Origin: Nageia nagi
Taxonomy: Eukaryota > Plantae > Pinophyta
Length of the DNA stretch: 64,000 nucleotides
Reading direction: 5' to 3'
Assembly (NCBI GenBank): GCA_050084985.1
Contig: JBITNC010000001.1
Coordinates: 16,430,001 to 16,494,000 of the forward strand
The position numbers and the translations under genes are program-made. Shown one piece after another: positions 50,465 to 64,000 of the stretch. Within the stretch, counting starts at the first letter, position 1. Each line of letters begins with the position of its first letter. Below the pieces are notes generated by a model that was not told the origin of the DNA, did not search any database, and saw only the letters and a list, made by a program, of their open reading frames with translations.

Positions 50465-52559
50465 CTGTAAGGATGGTAACAAAAGAGTCATACTGATAAT
50501 CATTGTTATTTATTACTACATAAAGTTGTCATTGTTTTTGCTCCTTAAATAATGTAGAATAATACAAATTTTCCTACCAGAAGATGGATTAGATAGGAAT
50601 ATATTTAAAAAATGTAGCACAAGTTTAAGAAAATCACTTTGAAACCAGCACTAATAAGGAAGCACAATCCAAGAGAGATCCTGAAGCAGAGCTGAACTCA
50701 AAAGCTACAAGGTTTGTTTCCCAAAATCTCTAGCTAACAAGTTACACAATCAGCAACAAAATAAAAAAGCTACAATTCTCTTTAAAATTGTCACTTGAAG
50801 GTACTGGCTAACATCATAGCAGCCATTACAAAGCCTTTCAAACAATACTAGTCTCTCCTGTTTCATAGTGCTTCACATCCTTGAAAATTAGACTTGTTGG
50901 TAATGTCCTTAGGTACATCTTGTTCTGGCAGTTTATGATTGGTCTGTTTTGTCCTCCCTGATGAGCTGGGAAGAGGCTGTTATTGTCAACTTCTACCACT
51001 ATAAATTTCTTTTCCCACCGGTTAAAATAAGGAGCTCCAGATATACTTCACAATCACGTGAGCTCTGTTCAAGTTTAACGTTGGCAAGGAAACAAATCCT
51101 CACTGGTTTGAAATGATGGATGAGGTACCGACTAAATAACAAGTGTTAAGGCTGTTTCACAGAGATCCTATGTTTATCCATTGATTATGCTAAAAACACT
51201 TCAACTAAGGGAAATCACAGTAATCAATCAGACAATGCCCAGAGCATCTACTAGTTGGATGGATAGAAGAAACGATTGATGAAATTCATTTTGACTAGTT
51301 TAATTTAATTCTTCAAGAGTTAGACTACCATTCAAATAAAAGTAACGTTGATTTCACAAAAACTGATCAATACCCATGGTACATTGGGATTAAATAGATT
51401 GGCAAATCACAACAAGCTTGATCAGAATGTCAAAACCTATGGCAGTACAAATTTGAACTAACAAACATGAAGCAAATAGTGTTGACACATAGGAATGACA
51501 CAGCTAAAGGCACGTTGGCCTGGCTGTGATCTAAAAAACAACATTTTACCTCTTATATAACATTAAACAACAAGCCATGATTATACATAGTTTTCTGATT
51601 GAACAGCAATCCATCTTTATGTGATTCAACATCGGCATAACCCATTGTCAATTTATCTTTCTCACAACCCTGTTTTTCAAACAACTGTTTGGAGAATTAA
51701 TTGTCTGGACAAATGATCGAGAGTAGCCTTACAGCATGGTCTTTTATAACCTAAACTAACTGGCATTAGAGTGTCTTATAATCTAACAAGGAATGCAAAA
51801 AAATGCCTTAATTTTAGTTTGATTGATTGATCTAGGTGTATCTTCACTTTTGACTATACTCCATCCATTGTAAACCCACTCTACAATTCCGTTGACTCTT
51901 GTATCTGCACAACAGAGAGTCAACTGAGAGCACACTGAAACGTTCTGATTTATATTGTACTTCCAAGGTCATCAACCATCATTTGTCCAAATGGTAATAG
52001 CTCATTTAGTTTTTGTAAATATCCATCTACCCAGATAACTCACCGATAAATCAATACATCTCTGAAAAGAAATCGTTCAATTTTACACTATAGTACACAC
52101 CAATTATTACTTGTTTCTGTTACTGTTAAGTGCGGTACTATTCACGTCAACTTATATTTACATTCCAATAATATAAATTCATATGAAGTCAACCTAAAAC
52201 TACTAAAGAAAACTTGGAAGAAGAAGCTAGTCAGTTAATCTTATATTTACTATCAATTTGAACGACCATAAATTCCATCCATTGTATAGGTTGTAGTAAA
52301 TCGAATTTTGTCAATCCATCTAAGCCCCATAACTTGCTAAACAATACCCTTCCTTTGAAATGGCAATGGCCTTGCATATTAAAGATAATGCTTAATTTCA
52401 ACACATTGAGACCCATGTGAAATTCAATTTTATCACAGAAGTCCCCGCCCTAGCTATCTGTGAGCACCCATAACGCTAAACTAATCAAGGATACTAATGA
52501 GAGTGTCTGCTAATCAACAAGAGAGCAAGAAAAGATGTTCATCACAACATATATATTAC

Positions 52560-52668
52560 CTGTAACAATAGCTGTTAGAGCAGATGCATCAATTCCCTGA
52601 GTAACCTCTTCAGCTGTGGAAGAGTATGAAAATCCTGAAGGGCCTGCCCTCCTTAGCAGCCAATTCAT
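52560..52668 (-). CDS. TIC32: TIC32-like short-chain dehydrogenase/reductase, exon 1 (MNWLLRRAGPSGFSYSSTAEEVTQGIDASALTAIVTG)
   Basis: The GPSGFS.STAEEVT.G N-terminus is characteristic of the TIC32-like family. Exons 1-6 splice to 736 nt with no stop. The symbol denotes the family; orthology is not established. Confidence 0.92.
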
Positions 52669-52742
52669 ATTCAGATCTCCAATGGCTCCAGGTAAAAAAG
52701 TTTTTCCCGAAAAAGTCAAACTCCTCAGCTTTATGCATTGTG

Positions 52743-52762
52743 TATATATATATATATATATA
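52743..52762. repeat. (TA)10 microsatellite at the likely TATA position of the SDR gene
   Basis: Lies 75-94 bp upstream of the ATG. Confidence 0.7.
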
Positions 52763-52971
52763 GATATTGATAGAAAAGAAGTTAATTATATAAAAATTGT
52801 TATCAAACTTTTTTTTTATAATGAGAAATCATCTTTTCTATTTTGTCAAAATTCATTCCAGCTCTATCATTAGGATTTACACTTATGTTCAATTTTTTAA
52901 AAGGGGATAGGATTTGAACTTGATTCTTATATTTTAGGTGTAAGTTTTATTACTTTTTACCTATGAGTTCT

Positions 52972-55679
52972 TGATGGAATTGAAGGATTCCATACCCAAG
53001 ATACTTTTGAAGAATCCATACATCTTCAACAAAATTAACATATCTAAATTAGGAACTCAACAATAAAACAATCATACAAAGTGACAAGTAGAAGTATAAT
53101 GTTTCCTCTATCTCTTAGGAGTACATCCACTTTAAACCATTTTTCTATTATTTCTCACAAGAGAATTCTCTTACAAATTCTTAAGAATTCTTTTATAAGA
53201 ATTTTTCTACAAAACTCTTACAAGAGCATTTTTTCAATTCTACAAGACTACCATTTTCATACTTCTTCAAATATATATTATGAGAGGGTGGTAGCCTTTT
53301 ATTTATAGCATACAACTCTCTCTTTAACTACCCTTTTACCCAAGGGTTAAGTTAACATTTTCTAATATTTTATTCTCCTAATACTTAAGGTATCTAGATA
53401 CCTTTAAGTATTAAATGGGTTATATTTAAAGAGAGGTATTACACAACAATGCATTATAATTTTTAACACTCCTTCTTAATGTAATATTGGGGTAGAGAAG
53501 CTAGAATACAAAGAGAAAGAGTAAGAGAGTTCTCCTCCATAAGAATACAATTGGAGATGAGAACTTGTAAAAAAATAATAAGTAGCCTGCATTAAGAAAA
53601 AACAAGTTGATATGATGAATCTCCATGAGCTTGCTCACCCGAAGTAAGTAGCCTGCATTAAGAAGAACCTTGCATGCTACAAGTAGCTCATAAATAAGAT
53701 CAATTAGTTGTATCATACATTCATTCATAAATAAATCAAATAATACAATCCATACACTAATCAAAGATACCAAGTAAACATATATGCACAACATCAAAGA
53801 TGATATCCATCATCAATTATGATATCTAATAATATCACATGTGCTTACATACATTAAATCATCATACATAAACATGTATATTAATGACATATATATTGAA
53901 TCAAATAATAAGTTCAACTTTACCATCCTAAGTAATGATATAGGTTTATAATTATATTATAGGGTTTAAGAAAGCATGTAACACGAATGACAAGAACGTA
54001 AAAGTATCCTAAGGAGTTATTATATGTATAAGGAGTTATTGTATGGAAGTTGAAGTGGTTGAAGTCATTGAAGTTGCCCATCAAAGTTGACATCATATTT
54101 ATTTCTCTCCCTTGATGATAATTGCATTGAGGTTCTCACATATGAATAACCAAATAGAGCTTGTAGAAGCCAAGATGTACCACTAGTTCCTCACACAAAG
54201 TGAACAACCACAAAGGTGTACATCAAATGCACAAAACATGTACTAGTTCCTTACACGAAGCTAACTAACCACGAAGGTATTCAAGCATAAGTTCTTATCT
54301 ATTTATAAACATGTTAAGTAGGAGGTTGAAGTTTTCCTTCAACAAAATTGTAGCATAGATGAAGAATAAGCCATAACAAGTAAACTTGACTATTGCATTA
54401 GTCAAAATGCCCAAGCCATAAAAAATAATATGACCTTTTATTTTTTGGGTGTTTTGAACATAAAGAGTTTGACAGGGTGTATAGATATATTAGATAAATA
54501 TATATCATCCCTCAACAAGGTTATGTATTTGTATTCATGTAAACCAAAAGATTAGCGTTATAATATGCAAACAAAATTGCAATATATTGTTGGTAAAATA
54601 GTAAAATTACAATATGTTGTTGGTAAAACAGTTTTGCAATTTTGCTTAAAAAAATTTGCCCTTAATATTTCTACATAAGATAATGAAAAGAATTGCAAAA
54701 TTTTCTCAATATTTCTCAACAAAAAATGGTAAAAATATTGCAAATTTTCCACTACTACTACTATTTCATGATAAGTGTTCATGCTCACAACAATATATTA
54801 TTACAACAGAATAAACATGTATGGTAACTAACATTAAGGTTAGTATATAAAAATTATAACAATAACATATTGTTAGATTAAGCATATTTATTAAAATATA
54901 GCAAATTAATACTTATGCCAAATATGTTGTTAATATATGTTAGATAAGTTTTCAACAAAAACTTGTTACTCACATAACATGTTAGAAAATAACATCAACA
55001 ATATAGTGTCATGGGAAACAAAGGTTCAAAACAAGAAACTAACAACATATGGTTAGTATCATGATAATCCAAAAACATGAAAGTAGGAGCTTATACCTTC
55101 ACTTGATATTACCTCAAGAAGGTTGTAGGAATGACCTCCAAGATGGTGAAGAGGAGCCTTCAAGATGGCTCTCATACCAAATGATGGAATTGAAGGATTC
55201 CATACCCAAGATCCCCTTAAAAGATCCATACATCTTCAACAAAATTAACACATCTAAACTAGGAACTCAATAATAAAACAATTACACAAAGTGACAAGTA
55301 GAAGTATATTAGTTCCTCCATCTCTTGGAAGTACATCCACTTTAAGCCATCTTTTCTATTACTTCTCACAAGAGAACTTTCTTACAAATTCTTAAGAATT
55401 CTTCTATAAGAATTTCTCTACAAGAATCCTACAAGAGCATTTGTACAATTCTACAAGACTAGCATTTTCATGCTTCTCTAAGTGTATATTATGAGAGGGG
55501 GGCAGCCCTCTATTTATAGCATACAACTCTCTCTTTAACTGCCATTTTACCCAAGGGTTAAGTTAACATTTTCTAATATTTTATTTCCTTGATACTTAAG
55601 GTATCTAGATACCTTTAAGTATTAAGTGAGTTACATTTAAAGAGAGATATTACACAATAGTGCCTTATAATTTCTAACA
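52972..55679 (-). mobile_element. Small non-coding (non-autonomous) LTR element just upstream of the SDR gene
   Basis: Complete LTR 54980-55679 (TGTTAGAAA...TTTCTAACA). Second copy 52972-53468 is truncated, with an adjacent PPT-like TTAAGAAGGAG. The 1.5-kb interior has no recognisable coding sequence, and the PBS is degenerate. Confidence 0.85.
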
Positions 55680-55710
55680 CTTATAACATATTCATATATT
55701 AAATTTTATT

Positions 55711-55920
55711 ATTTTTTTGTGTGGATAAACTATCATGTGAGGGAGAACTTTTGTCCCCTAGGCTTCGAGCCAATGATTGAGGGACATCCATGCTGTCAAA
55801 CCATAACTCAATAATACCATGCATGTGAAGGGGAGAGATTTGAACCTGAGGCCTCCCTTTTTTCACTGGGGAGTTTTAACAACTCACTTTCTCACCAACT
55901 TCTCTACAACTGTTGGTTCG
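55711..55920 (-). mobile_element. Probable tRNA-derived SINE
   Basis: Minus strand has an A-box-like TAGAGAAGTTGG, a B box in GGGAGGCCTCAGGTTCAAATC (similar to the 25127 SINE head) and an A-tail. AATTTTAT on both flanks. Confidence 0.6.
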
Positions 55921-56599
55921 AATTTTATATTTGATTATAATCTACATAAAAATTACATGCTTTGTAGTTCATATTTTTATATTATGTTTTAATAAATTGA
56001 AAAGAGAACACTATTTATTCTTAATTAATCATAAATAGATATCTAAATTCCTCTTATAATACTATCAAACATGATTATAATATGAAATATCTAAAACTAA
56101 AAAGGATATTCAATATCTTTCTTTGATTAGAAAGAGCATCACAAAATAAAAATACAAAGAATCTAACTATTAAAATACCATCATTAGCAACAATTCTCAT
56201 CAACATTATCACAAATCCTCAATCGCAATTTCTTAAGGATGAAAAAGTTGTTAATGGATTGTTGGTATTTATAGATAGTAACTTAATTTGTGTTAAATCT
56301 TAGTCACATGGTATAAAAAAAATTATAAATATAGATTAGATTGTTATCATTTTTAGAACTTCCCTTAATTCAAAAATGTAAGTTTTAGAGTCTATCTCAA
56401 TCAAACCTCTTAAACCTAATTTTATTCCTTGTTTATGAGGTTATGAGCTTAGCGATTGTACAAAGATCTATATTATTTTGAAAAAATAATTATACATGTG
56501 AGATATAAGTATTAAGCTTGTTCTATAAATATATATTCTACAAGGATAAAAATTTAAGCTCACATGTTACTATATCCACTCCAAAATTGTTAAGAAGTT

Positions 56600-57500
56600 A
56601 GCACACTTATTCTCCTCTCTAACTACAAGTGAATTTCGAATTATAGAAATACACCAAAGTCAATTTTATCTTTGTTACCATTAATTCAATGGAATATGGG
56701 ATATTACCTGTATTTTTAATTGCATTAATGATAAGCATAGAGTCTCTTTTAATCCACATAATTCTCTTAGTTTGATCCTTATTTATATACCATAACCTTC
56801 TAGCTTATTATTTATTTTCTTATCCATTCTAAGTGCCAAAGGAGCTTAAATCTCTTTTTTTTTTTTTTGTAATAACACCAAATCCTACCTTGTTAAGATC
56901 CTCTTTTGTTACATCATCAAAGTATAGTTTAACCTATTCTTCTTCAAGCAGCTTTCACTTAACATGCTCTATTTTATTATTATTGGTCTTGATCCCATTA
57001 GTAGGAAGCCAATTCAATTAGAAAATGTCATTCATCAATATTTTTTATTTCCCTTAATAGAAATTGTTTCAAATAGGATTATCAAGTTATTCTCTTGAGA
57101 GAACTAATATTTTTTTTTTATTAGCAAAATAATCTTCTATGGTTTCTTGAATACCATTCTATTCATTTCAAGCCATATGGTCCAATGTATTACCTCCTTA
57201 CAACCTCTCATAATTGTTGAATGATATCGCTTTAAATGGAACTCTCCATTGTTCAATCTAGCATATGGTTTTTTTTATTCATTGTAGATCTAAAAGATAG
57301 CCTTAAGAACCTATGACCAACTCAAAAGATCTTAATCCTTAAAAATTTCACTCTAAAAATTATGCAAGGTTAGATATCCCACTTACTATATTCAATTCTT
57401 GCAAAATTGGAGTAAAAAATGTCTAGTAACATTTTATTAGGGCTTGCCTTGGACACCCAAGGAGCAAGAATGAGTCAAGCCCTTAGGAACATTCAAGGTT
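56600..57500 (-). pseudogene. Possible highly eroded Gypsy integrase remnant
   Basis: Only faint motifs, such as PYARLNNGE versus PYHPQxNG. Heavily AT-drifted. Confidence 0.25.
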
Positions 57501-59303
57501 GGATGAAAAAATAAATAGAAGGCATAAAAAATTTTGAATGGTAAGGAAAATAATGCGAAAATATTAAAAGATTATTTTTACCTACATCTTTAACTTTCTT
57601 CACTTGATATATACGATGGTGGAATCAAATTCTATAATTTGTTAGTTGGGGAAAACCTTTAAGATGGTTTTTTATCTATACCAAATCATCATAATGGTTT
57701 GGTAGAAGCAGATTTTTAAAAAATATTAATTTTAGTTAATTATATCTCTTGTCAAGTGTCTAGAGGTGTTTTACATGTTCCATCACTACCAAACACAAAA
57801 TTCACAATTATAAACAAAAAATAAACACACACAAGCTAATATTTTGTACAACAACCATGGTTGTTAGAAATAAGGTTGAGGATGGAGGGGTGATTAAATT
57901 TAGAGATGATATTGCAACAACATTTACTTATGATTTTAGCAAGAAACGAGTGATTCCAAGTCTTATGGTGATCAATACTAGCATAAGGGGCCTAAGTCAC
58001 CCAAAATTCCATCATGTTGAAGTATGAGGCTCATCATATTTATAGGAAAAGTTCATGGATGTTCAAGGGAGAGAATACTAGATTAATAAGTGATTTATGT
58101 ATTATTAGGTATGTTAAGACGGATTAGTCCACATATATATAGGGATTTTATGGGGCTCTAAGATATTTAAGAAGGATAGGTGTTAACATGGGGTTAGGAT
58201 ATGATTAGGGGTACGTAGGGGGTGGTTGGGATGGGATTGGGTTGAATGGGATTTGATGGGATATGGGACATTTATGAGGGTTAGGTTTAGAATGAAGTTA
58301 GAGGAGGATTAAGATTATGAGGGAGGAATAGAAGGGTGATTTAGGTAAATGGGGATATCGAGAATAATTTATGTATTTGAAAGCACATGTGTGCATTAAT
58401 GGAGAATGGAATTATAAATTTTTTATGTGTGATTAGGATTTAAGAGTATGGTTAGGGTGGAGTTTAAGATTAATTAAGGTTTATGAGGATATGATATTAA
58501 ATGGGGGATATTATCATGGAGATTTGCAGTGATTTACATGGGAATTAATGAGGCAACTGGGATTTCAAGGAATTAAATATATGAGTAGGTGCATACAGGA
58601 TGATAACTAGGATGATGATATATCTTTTGGAATTTTTAAATGCTTAGCTTTTGTGGTTATATTTAAGGGATAAGTGGTGACATGTGTATGGGATGAGAGT
58701 TAGGGTGGATGACTTTAGTTTGAGGCTAAGGTGGTGTGTAATTAAGGTGATAGTTATCTCAATTTCCCACATATCAATTAGTATATTCTCCATGCAACAT
58801 GATAATGCTAAAAAATATGGTCCATGGTTTCTTATTTCTCATAATGAAGTACACATCTTGATAGGCCATAAAATCTCTTCTTGTTTAATTTATTTCAAGT
58901 TACAGCTTTTTTATGACATACCAACCATTTGAACATTTAAACTCTGGGAATTTATTATGAGATTAAATATGGTCCTAGTCCTATGAGGAATAATTTCTTT
59001 ACCTTAATATTAGCTCATAACCACTAGAAATAATATATTTCTTTATAGTGGATATCTCACACATCAACTCATCTTCTAAATATGAAAATTACCTTGCTTT
59101 TCATGTGTTCCCTTACCTATAGACATATGATCTCTTTAAAAAATGAACTTAACCAAAATGTAGTTTCATAAGCCTCTAGTTTTACATAATTGAAAACTCT
59201 TTCTTCAAATTTGTTCATCATACACTAGACCAAAAATGGACTTTAGGGGCAAGTGATTTGAGGCATTTTTTGTGCGACATTTTTTAATTGCTTTTGTTAG
59301 GCA

Positions 59304-62300
59304 TGAAGATTTATAGCAGGTAGTTTTAAAACACCCCTTAAATCATAAGGAGGTGGGTAAAAAACCTTCAATTAATGTACAACAAAAAATAATAATAAAA
59401 TCTTACATGGGGAACTTAAGTGGGCACTAAATTAGAAGGATGGAAAGCTCGTTGGCTATTCTATGTTGGAATGTATAATGCATTATTGTAAAGGTTATGT
59501 AATAATCTTCTATGTAAGTTCATTAATACTTAAGGGTATCATTTGATTCCTTAAGTATTTAAGTGAATATGATAACGTAACTTGTCCTACTCTCCATGTC
59601 ATGAGCATGCCCCTTCGGTAAAAGGATGTGCATGTTATGCTTTTGTACATTAGATAAAATGGTGATCCAAAGAGGGATTTTGGCCTATAAATAGAAGGCT
59701 CCCTCTTTGTAATCACACACCAATTGTGGAGTAAAGTTATGCTATATGATAGTGCTTAGGAGTTAAGATTAGGAGGATTGTAAGAGAGTAGTATTTGTGA
59801 TTGAAGTAAAGATCTAATTAGTGGATGTACTCTTAGTTGGAGGAATCACTTACATCTTGTGTTGTGTTGTGAGATTGCTTTGTGAGTTTGTTAGATGAGA
59901 TTTGTGAGCTTTCATGTGATCTTGGGAGTTTAGAGTTGATCATGTTATTGTTCAATTCTTTCATTTGGTATCAGAACTTGGTGTGAAAACTACATCTTGG
60001 TGATCTCCATTGGTGAGGTAAAACTAAGATAAGGTATAATTTACCTCCTCATTTGGTTATCTTAAAAATTATTGCATTATGTTACTAACATATTTTTTGT
60101 TGTGGTAGTCCTTGTTTATAACAAACTAGGCAATCTATTGTTGTATTTTTTACTCTAACATGTCTTATTGTTAGTTGCAATTTTTAAGATTGCCTATTGC
60201 TATAATTTTGCATATCCTTAATTGTTTTTTGAAGATTTTATTATGAATTTGAGTAAAATATACTACATTTTTTTTACTACATTTTTTTCCTTCAAAAATA
60301 TATGCAATTTTTATGAAAAGCTTATATATTATAGTTTTTCTTACCTTAGTTCTCTTATCAAAATAGTTGTATTCTACAAATTTTTACTTCAACTATTTTG
60401 ATACTAACACAAAAAAAATGAAGTAACTTCACTTTACTACATTTTTTTCTTCTCTATTTTTTCATTTCAAAATTAGGGGAGGCTTATTTTTTAAGAGAAC
60501 TCAAAATATTATAAATATATTCCTTGTACTATTTTCATTACAGAATATATGGGAAGGAAAACTAAAATTTTCCTTTTAAGTTATAATAATAACAAAAAGG
60601 GTAAAAAGAGAGCTGCGATAGTGATGACCTCTCTCCTCCATGTTGTAGCTGCCTCCCCCCCTCGATTGCACCTACCACAGCCTCCATCTACTCCCTTCCT
60701 CGACCACCTTAGTAGCCACCTCACTCCTACATAGTCCATCCAATATTAGGGTTGTCTTCTGTGTGACTATTTTTATTTTTTTCTCAAGGGCCATTTCCAA
60801 CCATTTCTCAGCCTTTATCATTAAATCAAGGCTCAATCAAATCACATCCCCATCATTCAACACCCCACATCCATCCATATCTATGACTTTGTTTTCTCCA
60901 ATCGCTCCATCCCTTTTATTCATTGCTCAACCCCTTCTTCACTTGGTTGAGCCACTTTAAATCTTCTGCATTTAGATATTTCGAGGGAAAATATCGATGT
61001 TAGCTTGCTCCATTTTACCCTCTCAAAATGCAAAATCCTCGTGCATGTCTCCTTTTTTCTTTGCATGGCCCTCCATGCTTCCTAACCACTTGCTCGACCT
61101 CCCCACTCCTACTTGGCGGTGGTTGCTTTGCTATAGGTTTGGGTGGTAGCTATTGTCTCCTTTTTTTTCTAAACAAAACTAAACCTACGTTGCTCTTTCT
61201 TTTTGGTAATATCCTTAAATACCTTTTTTTTTTTAATTGCTTGCATGCTTTCTCATAAATTTAAGAGGGGGGCATTTTTTTTTTTTTTCATTTTGCACCT
61301 ACCAACTTTAGTTTCTTGCTAAGTACTCCAAATTTAATCTTGCCATCAATAACCTGCCATCATTTAGGCGTGGACTAAAAGTACCTTTTTTGTTTGAGTT
61401 AGAGTAAACTCCTAACTTCAAAATTAAATTGCCTATCATCATTCTATGTAGAGGTAGAAGTACCTTTTTTGTTTGAGTTAGAGTAAAACCTAAAAGCATT
61501 AAATTCTTGTAATGAGTTTACTCCAAAATAAATACTTTACTAACATTTTTTACTTATTACTCTAAAAAATAGGAGAAAATTTATTGTGCATATGATGGTC
61601 AAATAGTGTTCACATTTTTTAATACCTCTAAAGTATACTTTTTTAAGTACTAAGTTATTTTTTAAAGTATTATTTTCAAATACTCTAGTATACTAAGGTT
61701 ATTTTTTAATACTTTGAAAGTATTTTATAGCCTTAATAAAACAAAAGCAACTTAGAGAGGTAGTTTTTTAGCCTTAATAATATTTTTTAAGGATCATGAT
61801 TTTAAGTAAAAAAGGGGAAAAATTTATGGATATTTTATTTAATTTTTTTTAGAAATGATTGCATGTTAGAATTAACAAATTTCTTATGCAAAGTAATAAG
61901 TTAATGCATACTTATTTGTGATTATGCTTAAATGATGCATGCTTAAGATTAGTACTTAATTATTTAAGTTAAGAATGATATATGCTTAGGATTTAATTTT
62001 TTAAGTTAGATATTTAAGACTTAAATTTTTAAGTCAAATAATGCATGCATATTACTTAAAATCTTAAGTTATGATGCAATTTACATGTTTATGCAAAATG
62101 AACTTGTGCAAAATTAGGAATGATGTAAAAATGTCCTTTAGGGGTTGGTAAACAAAACCCATTAGACATTTAAGTTTTAATTTTTAAATGGATGATGTTC
62201 TTTTATTTCATGTTTTGCTTTTTGCTTTATTTGCTTATGCAAACAAAAATACAAACATTGATATGAGAAACCCCCTAAAATGAATACATCTGTATGCACA

Positions 62301-64000
62301 TTTTGCAATATGACTTATTTGAGGAGCCATGAGGTGAGGATAGGTAGATTAGAGCCTTTAAGTTCGATGATCCAAGTGGTGAAAAATTAGTACTTCTCAA
62401 TTGCCTCTACGTCCTATGTTGGTCTAGACATAACTCCAATAGGTGGACAGGCATGTGTGTAGTGATACCACATGTCCACACATCCATTCAAGGATTATCC
62501 TGATAACCTAGAAGGACAACTCGAAACCTAATCAAGATTAATAATTTGGTTGATCCAATAAACTTCATAACCTTAAAAAATAGTAGGTACTTCTCCTTGT
62601 GAGAAAGTATAATACTAACCAAGGCGAATTGGTTGAGGATTGGTAGTTAGGCTCCTCTTGTGTGGGCATCCAGGTGAAGGCTTAATTTTTAGAAAAGAAA
62701 ATAAGCCTCAATAATGTCACTCTACATCTAGATTCTTGAGATAAGAAATGTATTTGGGCACATGGGATGTATATTTGAGTTGTAAAATATTTGCACTTAT
62801 GAATCAAATCAAGCATGTCTTTTGTGTTAAAATTAATATGTATTATTTATTTGGTTAAAACTTAACATATAATGTTGTTTATTGAACCACATGCTTATTA
62901 TTATTTTTCACATCCTTGTGTAAAAAATGAGAGAATCCTTTTTACCCAAACACATTCTTGATGATTCCAACTTTGGTATTTGAGAACCTTAGATGAGAGC
63001 TGAATTGCAAGCAAGGAATCATTGGAAAATAGTGAATGAGAACCTTGTACCTCCTATAGATGAGAATCCATTAGAGTCTTACAACATGAAGAATGATTTG
63101 GCAACCTCCATGATTTATCGTGTAGTTTCAAATGATGTGCTCCTGATGATTTCCTCTTCAACCTCAGTGATGGAAGCTTGGGATAAGCTTAAGCAAATCT
63201 ACCTTGGTTCAAATTTTTCAAGAAGGTTTACCATTTTCTAAAAATTGCTTCAATATCATCAAAATAAAATAAAAATGTTTCCATCTACTTGAACAAAATC
63301 ATTAACCCAAGGACCCAACTTGTTACTTATGGGTACAATTGGAAAATGATGAGTTCATAGTCTTCATCATTCTTCAAATCCTTTCTTCAAATTTTGAGAA
63401 CTTTGTAATGGTTATGGAAATAAAGCTTGATGATGAAAAATTCTTCTCCCTTGAGAACCTTTCTAGGCACCTTTTGAAGCATGAAAAAACTCTTAACAAT
63501 AAGGTGTTGATTTTTTTTCCTAAAGATAATAATGTTGCTCTTGGAGCAACCAAAACTCCTTTTAAGAAGAAGTTTAACCATAAAAAAAAATCTTATCCTT
63601 ATTCCTCCAAAAGGTTTGAGAAAAGAGGTTATAACTACAATAGCAGCATGAACAATAGAAACAACAACCACTACAATAGGAATAATGGCAACAACAACCA
63701 CTTCAAGTAAAGAGATGGAAAAGGCAAAGCAAACAATTCACATCCTAAGGAAAAGTTTGTTGGTAATTGTAACTATTGTGGCATCCAATTTCACAAAGAA
63801 GTTGATTTCTACAAAAAGAAAAGAAAAGAAAAGAACAAAAGAAATGGAAATGTAAAGAACTACATAGGAAAGAAGAATATTCAAGCTAGTTTTGTTATGG
63901 CAATCTACTCCTTGTTTTGCTCTTTTTCATCTGATTGGATTGTTGATTCTAGTTAGACTAATCACCTATGCTTTGAAAAGAAAAATTTTGAGAACTTTCA
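59304..64000 (+). mobile_element. Copia LTR retrotransposon 5' part: LTR, PBS-Met, ~3-kb leader, gag to start of protease
   Basis: LTR about 59304 (TGAAGA) to 59963 (TCTTTCA) with CTATAAATAG near 59685. PBS TGGTATCAGAAC at 59966. The link between this LTR and the gag is inferred. Confidence 0.75.
62927..64000 (+). pseudogene. Copia gag and protease start, disrupted
   Basis: NFGI*...MRAELQARNHWKIV, AWDKLKQIY, ILSSNFENFV, CNYCGIQFHK (knuckle remnant) and DWIVDSS*TNHLC (protease). Confidence 0.88.

Noticed and set aside
50209-50496. Plus-strand 95-aa ORF
   Set aside because: Antisense shadow of SDR exon 2.
57900-58760. G-rich strand-skewed tract with GGGTTAGG-like words (telomere or G-quadruplex?)
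   Set aside because: No TTTAGGG tandem array. Most likely an eroded TE non-coding region.

Overview
AT-rich eukaryotic nuclear DNA, most likely from a large-genome gymnosperm (inferred from a 26-kb intron and the TE types). There is one host gene: a TIC32-like short-chain dehydrogenase/reductase on the minus strand. Exons 1-6 are intact (52668 to 22488) and intron 5 is 26.2 kb. The last two expected exons were not found, so they lie left of the window or were lost. The rest is nested transposable elements, many delimited by TSDs: LTR retrotransposons and solo LTRs, a full-length hAT, a MULE-like element, L1 and RTEX-like LINEs, and tRNA-derived SINEs. The most notable items are: (1) a 7.2-kb TSD-flanked solo-LTR-like unit containing 13 constant-length (58 bp) inverted-repeat units interleaved with four TATA boxes, followed by a ~1,150-codon decayed gene of unknown function with a probable 5'-UTR intron; (2) a non-autonomous chromovirus-type LTR element carrying an intronless PDS5 (cohesin regulator) N-terminal fragment instead of gag-pol; (3) an ORF1-only L1 derivative; (4) a tRNA-Trp-primed LTR element; (5) an element with tandem, catalytically dead protease domains. 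All coordinates, translations and identities were read by eye; no database searches were run.
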